From assembly GCA_963792415.1 (NCBI GenBank), contig CAWBVY010000004.1, positions 608,001 to 672,000 of the forward strand: a stretch of 64,000 nucleotides of DNA, read 5' to 3'. The notes beneath the pieces were generated by a model. The model did not search any database, had not been told where the DNA came from, and saw only the letters and a list, made by a program, of their open reading frames with translations. This DNA comes from Candidatus Deferrimicrobiaceae bacterium (GTDB lineage: Bacteria; Desulfobacterota; Deferrimicrobia; Deferrimicrobiales; Deferrimicrobiaceae). Both the position numbers and the translations under genes were made by a program. How positions within the stretch are numbered: position 1 is the first letter of the stretch; the number at the start of each line of letters is the position of its first letter. Below are positions 58,104-64,000 of this stretch, piece after piece.

Positions 58104-58841
58104 TTGATCGTTCCCGTGGAGCTTGTTTTGCCTGTTATCCCCCTGACGGCGGGGGTATTCGACACCCAGGTGTTGAAGCACGTCATGCTGGCGGGGCCCA
58201 TCGTCAAGCTCGTCCTGATCCTCCTGGTCGGGTTCTCCGTGGTCTCCTGGGCCATTATTTTCCTCAAGGTCCGGCTCTTCAAGGGGATCGAGCGGAACCA
58301 GGCGGGGTTCGCCCGCGCCTTCGCCGAGGGGAAAAGCCTGTCCGTGCTCTACGAGCAGGCCGAAAAGGGGGAAAAATCCCCCATCACCGAGGTATTCCGC
58401 GCGGGGTATCTCGAGCTGACCCGGATCCAGCGGGAGCGTGGCGAGGCGGCCCAGGGCGGACGCACCTCTCCCTTTCCCGTCGAGAACGTCCAGCGCGCGA
58501 TGTACAAGGCGACCCACGAGCAGGTGGGGAGCATGGAGGAGCTCCTTCCCTTTCTCGCCACCACCGGCAGCGCCACGCCGTTCATCGGCCTGTTCGGCAC
58601 CGTGTGGGGGATCATGAACGCCTTCTCCGGCATCGCCACCACGGGAAACGCCTCGCTGGCCACCGTCGCTCCGGGCATCGCGGAGGCTCTCGTCGCCACC
58701 GCGGCGGGACTGGGCGCGGCCATCCCGTCCGTCATCGCCTACAACTATTTCCTGACCCGCATCCGGGCGATCCACGGCCGGATCGACAGCTTCACGGCCG
58801 AATTCATCAACTTCCTCGAGCGGAAGGTCGACAAAGGATGA
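58104..58841 (+). CDS. tolQ: TolQ
   Basis: GGAGG SD plus TTG; LATTGSATPFIGLFGTVWGIM, APGIAEALVATA. Confidence 0.93.
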   Translation: MIVPVELVLPVIPLTAGVFDTQVLKHVMLAGPIVKLVLILLVGFSVVSWAIIFLKVRLFKGIERNQAGFARAFAEGKSLSVLYEQAEKGEKSPITEVFRAGYLELTRIQRERGEAAQGGRTSPFPVENVQRAMYKATHEQVGSMEELLPFLATTGSATPFIGLFGTVWGIMNAFSGIATTGNASLATVAPGIAEALVATAAGLGAAIPSVIAYNYFLTRIRAIHGRIDSFTAEFINFLERKVDKG

Positions 58842-58845
58842 CGCC

Positions 58846-59268
58846 ATGGCGATGATGAGCTCTTCCGGCCGCGCCGGGGATCGAAGGGTCATGGCGGATA
58901 TCAACGTCACGCCGCTGGTCGACGTGATGCTCGTCCTCCTCATCATCTTCATGGTCACCGCCCCCATGCTCACCCAGGGGGTCGACGTGAACCTGCCGCA
59001 GGCGAGCTCGAAGGCGCTGCGCAGCGACGAGGAGCGCCTGATCATCACCGTCGACGCCAACAGCCGCGTCTTCGTGGGGAAGCAGCCCGTCGAGTTCAAC
59101 CGCCTTGGGGGCGCCCTCAAGGAGATCGTCTCCCGGCGGACCGACCGTCAGGTGTATTTCCGCGCCGACCGCTCCGTCCCGTACGGGTTCGTGGTGAAGG
59201 TCATCGCGGAGGTTCGAAACTCCGGGATCGAAAAACTTGGCATGGTCACAGAGCCGCTCGAGCGGTAA
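58846..59268 (+). CDS. tolR: TolR
   Basis: INVTPLVDVMLVLLIIFMVTAP, RADRSVPYG. Confidence 0.94.
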   Translation: MAMMSSSGRAGDRRVMADINVTPLVDVMLVLLIIFMVTAPMLTQGVDVNLPQASSKALRSDEERLIITVDANSRVFVGKQPVEFNRLGGALKEIVSRRTDRQVYFRADRSVPYGFVVKVIAEVRNSGIEKLGMVTEPLER

Positions 59269-60166
59269 CCGGCCGACGGGCTCGCCGTTCTTCCCGGAGC
59301 TCCCCCAGCCGCCGCTGCGGGCCCTGATCGCCCTCTCGGCGATGGCCCACTTGGCCCTGGCGGTCGCGGCGCTGGCCGTTGCCCCCCTGCTCGGGACCCC
59401 CCTGCGCCTCGAGCCGGTGGCCGTGGTGGACCTGATCGGGGGTGGGGAATTCCGCCAGGAAACGGCGAAGCCCCAGGCGCCGGCCGCCAGGGAGGATACG
59501 AAGCCTCAGGCGCCGGTCGCCAGGGAGGACACGAAGCCCGAGCCCCGGGACCGAAAGGCTCCTGCGCGTCCCCCGGAGAAGCGGGGAAAGCGGGCGAAGG
59601 CGGCATCCGACGACGTCGTCCCGTCGAAGCGGAAGGCACCCGATATGGCATCGCTGACCGAGCGGCTTCGGGAGATGCGGGAGGCCCGCTCCGGTTCGGA
59701 GGCGATCCGGGGGGCCGTGGAGGAGCGCCGGAGCGAGGCGGCGGCCCGCGCGGCCGTGCGCAAGGTGGGAGAGCGCGTGGCCCACCGGATCGAGGCGCCC
59801 CCTCCCGCGCGGTCCGGTGGTCATTTCGCTGCGGGCGGCGGGGGGGCGCAGGGAACCGTTCGCCTTTCCCCAGAGTTGCTCGACTATTTCCGCCGGCTCG
59901 AGGAGAAGGTCCGGAGCAGTTGGGTCCTCCCCGGGACGATGGTGCGCGACGCGGCGAAACTCGTGGTGGAGATGCGGATCGTGATCGAAAAGGACGGCCG
60001 CGTCTCCGAGGATCGGATCGAGCGGGGTTCCGGGAATCTCTACTTCGACGAATCGGTGCAGCGCGCCATCCGGAAGGCGAGCCCTCTCCCGGTTCCCCCG
60101 GAACAATTGCGGGGCGGGGAGGATCATTACGAGGTGGGGTTCCGATTCCACGGGGGTGCGGAATGA
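59237..60166 (+). CDS. tolA: TolA/TonB family protein (start uncertain)
   Basis: TM with SAMAH, Pro/Lys linker, C-terminal SGNLYFDESVQRAI..ASPLP; lies between tolR and tolB. Confidence 0.85.
   Translation: MAWSQSRSSGNRPTGSPFFPELPQPPLRALIALSAMAHLALAVAALAVAPLLGTPLRLEPVAVVDLIGGGEFRQETAKPQAPAAREDTKPQAPVAREDTKPEPRDRKAPARPPEKRGKRAKAASDDVVPSKRKAPDMASLTERLREMREARSGSEAIRGAVEERRSEAAARAAVRKVGERVAHRIEAPPPARSGGHFAAGGGGAQGTVRLSPELLDYFRRLEEKVRSSWVLPGTMVRDAAKLVVEMRIVIEKDGRVSEDRIERGSGNLYFDESVQRAIRKASPLPVPPEQLRGGEDHYEVGFRFHGGAE
59468..59539 (+). repeat. 33-bp in-frame tandem duplication in tolA
   Basis: KPQAPAAREDT-KPQAPVAREDT-KP. Confidence 0.85.
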
Positions 60167-61476
60167 AGCGATCGATCGGCGTGTCGGCGGGTGCGTTCCT
60201 CCTCGCGCTGTCCCTGTTCCCCTCCCCGGCGTTCCCCCTCCTCTACATCGACATCAACGCCCCCGGCGGGAAGCGGTTCCCGATCGCCGTGGCGGACGTC
60301 GCGATCGGCAGGGGCGACCCGTCCCTCTCCCGCGCGATCCCGAAGATCCTTTCCGACGACCTCGCGCTCACCGACCTGTTCGACCTGATCCCGCCGACCG
60401 CGCATATGGAGACGGTGACTGGGGCGCACTTCTCCGGCAAGCCGCTGTCGTTCCCGGGGTGGAAGATGATCGGAGCCGAGGCGGTGGTCATCGGCCTGGC
60501 CGAGGTTCGGGGGGACCGGCTCTCGATCGAGATGCGTCTCTACGACGCCACGCAGGGAACCCTCCTGCTCGGGAAGCGGTACACCGGCACCCCGGGTCAA
60601 CTCCGTTCGATCGTGCACCGGTTCGCCAACGAAATCGTGTACACCTTCACCGGGGTCCGGGGCGTCTTCGGGACCGAGATCGCGTTCACCGCCCGCTCGG
60701 GGAAATCCCGGGGGAAGGAACTCTACCTCGTGGGGATGGACGGGCAGGATCTGCGCAAGGCGACCGACAACCGGAGCTTCAACCTCTTTCCCCGCTGGTC
60801 CCCCGATGGGCAATGGCTGGCCTACACCTCCTTCCGAACCGGCACGCCCGTCGTCTACCTGCGCAACGTCTCGACCGGGGCGGAGAAGGAGGTCCTCCGG
60901 TTCGGCGGGTCGAAGGCCCCGGGGGGATTTTCGCCTGACGGGGTGTGGCTCTACGCGGGCGTGAGCCAGGGCGGCAATTCCGACATCTACAGGGTCCGGG
61001 TGGTCGGAGGTTCCCTGGAAAAGATCGTGGGAGGCTGGGGGCTCGAGGTTTCCCCCTCGCCGTCCCCGGACGGGAAACGAATCGCCTTCGTCTCCGACCG
61101 CGGCGGTTCCCCGCAGATCTACGTGAAGACGATCGGCGTCGCGGGAGAGACGCGGATTTCGAATGGGGCAGGGTACGCAACGTCGCCGTCCTGGTCCCCC
61201 GCGGGCGACCGGATCGCCTACACCATCCGGTCCGGTGGAAGGTTCCTCGTGGCGACCGTCGCACCCGACGGAACCGGGTTCCGGGAAGTCGCATCCGCGG
61301 CGGATGGCGACTGCGAAGATCCGACCTTTTCCCCCGATGGCCGCTCCCTGGTTTACACCTACAGGAAAAGGGACTATTCTGCCCTTAAAATCGTCTCTTC
61401 GGACGGACGGAGACAACGAACGCTCGTTTCCGGCCTCGGGGATGTCGGTTCACCCGTCTGGTCACCCAGTCGGTAG
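60163..61476 (+). CDS. tolB: TolB
   Basis: Signal peptide, TolB N-domain (HRFANEI), repeated PxWSPDG propeller motifs. Confidence 0.93.
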   Translation: MKRSIGVSAGAFLLALSLFPSPAFPLLYIDINAPGGKRFPIAVADVAIGRGDPSLSRAIPKILSDDLALTDLFDLIPPTAHMETVTGAHFSGKPLSFPGWKMIGAEAVVIGLAEVRGDRLSIEMRLYDATQGTLLLGKRYTGTPGQLRSIVHRFANEIVYTFTGVRGVFGTEIAFTARSGKSRGKELYLVGMDGQDLRKATDNRSFNLFPRWSPDGQWLAYTSFRTGTPVVYLRNVSTGAEKEVLRFGGSKAPGGFSPDGVWLYAGVSQGGNSDIYRVRVVGGSLEKIVGGWGLEVSPSPSPDGKRIAFVSDRGGSPQIYVKTIGVAGETRISNGAGYATSPSWSPAGDRIAYTIRSGGRFLVATVAPDGTGFREVASAADGDCEDPTFSPDGRSLVYTYRKRDYSALKIVSSDGRRQRTLVSGLGDVGSPVWSPSR

Positions 61477-61529
61477 CTTGAAGGGCGCCAACGCGCCCGG
61501 GTTCATCCATCTAAAGGAGGATCAGCAGA

Positions 61530-62081
61530 ATGAGGGGAACATTTACCTGGAAATGGGTCGTGCTGGCGTTGTCCCTTGCCGCATTGATGTCGGTGGGGTG
61601 CGCAAAGAAGCAGACGGTGAAGTCCGAAGGTGCTGCGACCCCCGGCCCCGGCGCGGTCACCGAAGCGCCCGTGACAGAGGCGCCCGTGGCGGTCGCTCCG
61701 GCGATGCCGCCGGCGGAGGCGCCCGGGGTCGCGGTCACCGAGGAGAAGATTTCGAAGTTCGACGACGTCCGTTTCGACTTCGACAAGTCGGAGGTGAAAG
61801 AGGACGGCCGCAAGACGTGCGGGGTCGTGGCCGACTACCTGAAGAAGAACCCCCAGGCGAAGATGCTGATCGAGGGGCATTGCGACGAGCGGGGCACCGC
61901 GGAGTACAACATGGCGCTGGGTGAGCGTCGCGCGACGGCCGTGATGACCTACCTCGTGTCCCTCGGCGTTCCGAAGGCGGCTCTCTCCACGGTGAGCTTC
62001 GGCAAGGAAAAGCCGCTGGATCCGGCTCACAACGATGAGGCGTGGGCGAAGAACCGCCGCGCGCACTTCGTCCTGCAGTAA
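61530..62081 (+). CDS. pal: Peptidoglycan-associated lipoprotein
   Basis: Lipobox SVGC; FDFDKS, IEGHCDERGTAEYNMALGERRA, KNRR. Confidence 0.96.
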   Translation: MRGTFTWKWVVLALSLAALMSVGCAKKQTVKSEGAATPGPGAVTEAPVTEAPVAVAPAMPPAEAPGVAVTEEKISKFDDVRFDFDKSEVKEDGRKTCGVVADYLKKNPQAKMLIEGHCDERGTAEYNMALGERRATAVMTYLVSLGVPKAALSTVSFGKEKPLDPAHNDEAWAKNRRAHFVLQ

Positions 62082-62091
62082 GGTGAACGGG

Positions 62092-62934
62092 ATGGCGCGC
62101 AATGCGGTCGTTTTCCCGCTGCTCGGGGCGATCGCCGCGCTCATGGCGGGGTGCGCGGTCGCGGACACCGGCGCCTTCAATCGGCTCCAGGACGACATGG
62201 TGGGGCTGAAGAAGGAGATGGCGGCGCTCAAGGCGGCGACCCCGCCCGCACCCGGTCCCGCGGCGGTGGACGCGGGCGACAGCCAGTCCTTGCGGAAAGG
62301 CTTCGCGGATTTGAACGCCGATATCGACCGGATACGGATGGACCAGCTGGCCGCCACCACCCGGATGGACGATGCGCGGGTCGAGATGCAGCGGATCACC
62401 GTCCGGCAGGACGAGCAGGACCGGGCGCTGCAGGAGGTCCGGGGGAACGGCGACCGGATGAAGGAGATCGAAAAGCGCCTGGCGACGCTCGAGGAGCGGA
62501 CCGGCAAGCTCGCCGCCCCCCCGGCCGGGGAGCCCGTTCCGGAAACCCCGCGGGAGTGGAGAAGCCCGGAGGAGATGTACGAGGTCGGCGTGGGACAGGT
62601 CAAGGGCGGAAACCCGAAGAAGGGGAGGGAGACGCTCTCCGACTTCGTGGTGAAATACCCGGGCCACAGGCTGATCCCGAACGCGCTCTACTGGAAGGGG
62701 GAGGCGTTCTACGCCGAGAAGGATTATGAAAACGCGATCCTCGCCTTCCAGGACGTCGTCGACAAGTATCCGGGCGGGGACAAGGCTCCCGACGCGATGT
62801 ACAAGCAGGGGCTTTCCTTCCTTGCCTTGAAGGACACCAAGAACGCCCGACTCCTGCTCGATCTCGTCCAGAAGAAGTACCCGAAATCGAGCGCGGCCGA
62901 GATGGCGAAGAAGAAACTCATGGAGATCCGGTAG
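62092..62934 (+). CDS. cpoB: Tol-Pal associated protein CpoB/YbgF
   Basis: Lipobox MAGC, coiled coil, TPR motifs NALYWKGE and KAPDAMYKQG. Confidence 0.9.
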   Translation: MARNAVVFPLLGAIAALMAGCAVADTGAFNRLQDDMVGLKKEMAALKAATPPAPGPAAVDAGDSQSLRKGFADLNADIDRIRMDQLAATTRMDDARVEMQRITVRQDEQDRALQEVRGNGDRMKEIEKRLATLEERTGKLAAPPAGEPVPETPREWRSPEEMYEVGVGQVKGGNPKKGRETLSDFVVKYPGHRLIPNALYWKGEAFYAEKDYENAILAFQDVVDKYPGGDKAPDAMYKQGLSFLALKDTKNARLLLDLVQKKYPKSSAAEMAKKKLMEIR

Positions 62935-62948
62935 GAGTTCCGAACCCG

Positions 62949-64000
62949 GTGATCAAAAACTTCGTGTTGGACACGAACGTCCTTCTGCACGACCCCAATG
63001 CGCTCTTCCATTTCGAGGACAACCGGGTGATCGTCCCGATCACGGTGATCGAGGAACTCGATCACTTTAAAAAAGACCTGAACATGCTCGGGCGCAACGC
63101 CCGGACGGTCTCCAAGCACATCGACCGGCTGCGTGCCTCCGGCAACCTCGGGGAGGGGGTCGCGTTGGAGCACGGGGGGCTGCTGCGCGTGGCGTTCGGA
63201 GGCGAGGGGGCCTCCCTGCTTCCCCGGGAGCTGGAAGGCCGGGCCGTGGACAACCAGATCCTCGGGGTCGCCCTGTCGGCGCGGGCGCGGGAAAAGGACA
63301 TCCCCGTGGTCGTGGTCACCAAGGACATGAACCTGCGGATCAAGGCGGACGCCCTCGGGATCACCGCGGAGGATTACGAGAGCGACCGGGTCGACATCGA
63401 GGAACTGTACCGCGGGTTCCGCGAGGTGAACGTCGGCAAGGAGTTCATCGACGCGTTCTACGCGGCGGGGGAGTGCCTCCCGCCTCCGGACGCCAGGGAC
63501 CTGCACCCGAACGAGTACATCATCCTCCGCGACGCCGCCTCCCAGTCGTCGGCGCTCGGTCGGGTCGACGCGCTGCGCCGGAAACTTCGGCTCCTCGCTC
63601 CGTTGAAGGACGACGTCTGGGGCGTCCGGCCGCGGAACAAGGAACAGACCTTCGCCCTCGACATTCTCCTCGACGACTCCGTCAAGCTCGTGACCCTCGC
63701 CGGGAAAGCGGGCACCGGGAAGACGCTCCTGGCGATCGCGGCCGGGTTGCGGAAAACATCGGACGAGGAGGTGTACCAGCGCATGCTCGTTTCCCGCCCG
63801 GTCTTCCCGATGGGGAGGGACCTGGGGTTCCTTCCGGGGGATGTGGAGGAGAAGCTCAAGCCCTGGATGCAGCCGATCTTCGACAACGTGGAATACCTGT
63901 TCGGGTTCAGCCGGAAGAAGCGGCAGGGCGGCGTGAGGGGATACCAGGAGTTGATCAACCTCGGGATCCTCGAGATCGAGCCCCTCACCTACATCCGCGG
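62949..64000 (+). CDS. PIN-PhoH family protein (truncated by the window edge)
   Basis: GTG start; FVLDTNVLLHDP, VIEELD, DNQIL, VTKDMNLRIKA, GKAGTGKT, GFLPGD, EPLTYIR. Confidence 0.9.
   Translation, partial: MIKNFVLDTNVLLHDPNALFHFEDNRVIVPITVIEELDHFKKDLNMLGRNARTVSKHIDRLRASGNLGEGVALEHGGLLRVAFGGEGASLLPRELEGRAVDNQILGVALSARAREKDIPVVVVTKDMNLRIKADALGITAEDYESDRVDIEELYRGFREVNVGKEFIDAFYAAGECLPPPDARDLHPNEYIILRDAASQSSALGRVDALRRKLRLLAPLKDDVWGVRPRNKEQTFALDILLDDSVKLVTLAGKAGTGKTLLAIAAGLRKTSDEEVYQRMLVSRPVFPMGRDLGFLPGDVEEKLKPWMQPIFDNVEYLFGFSRKKRQGGVRGYQELINLGILEIEPLTYIR

Overview
A 64 kb, very GC-rich, gene-dense bacterial chromosomal segment. A Geobacter-type (eukaryote-like) citrate synthase, many multiheme c-type cytochromes and the tmk-holB-PSP1-metG-tatD/radical SAM cluster suggest a deltaproteobacterial-like metal reducer, possibly MBNT15/Ca. 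Deferrimicrobium (inference). Housekeeping content includes lemA-htpX, a U32 protein, an EF-G paralog, glutaryl-CoA dehydrogenase, murJ, aconitase, gap-tpi-secG, bioFHCDA, nrdJ, metH, gltA and tol-pal. Main observations: (1) an 8 kb operon of three tandem CbcL-like multiheme c/cytochrome b modules plus a membrane-anchored cytochrome with about 18 hemes; (2) a 15-bp palindrome TGTATAC-N-GTATACA upstream of this operon, of citrate synthase and in the aconitase/decaheme intergenic region; (3) a selenoprotein with in-frame UGA and a SECIS-like hairpin, missed by the ORF track; (4) a rubredoxin with an ATC start inside the met operon; (5) a dispersed palindromic repeat whose inner segment is flipped between copies; (6) an in-frame palindromic tandem array inside bioC; (7) a heavily frameshifted OmcA/MtrC-like gene behind a long structured leader; (8) several apparently leaderless genes. 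No tRNA, rRNA, CRISPR array or transposase was recognised. All calls come from reading the sequence; no searches were run.
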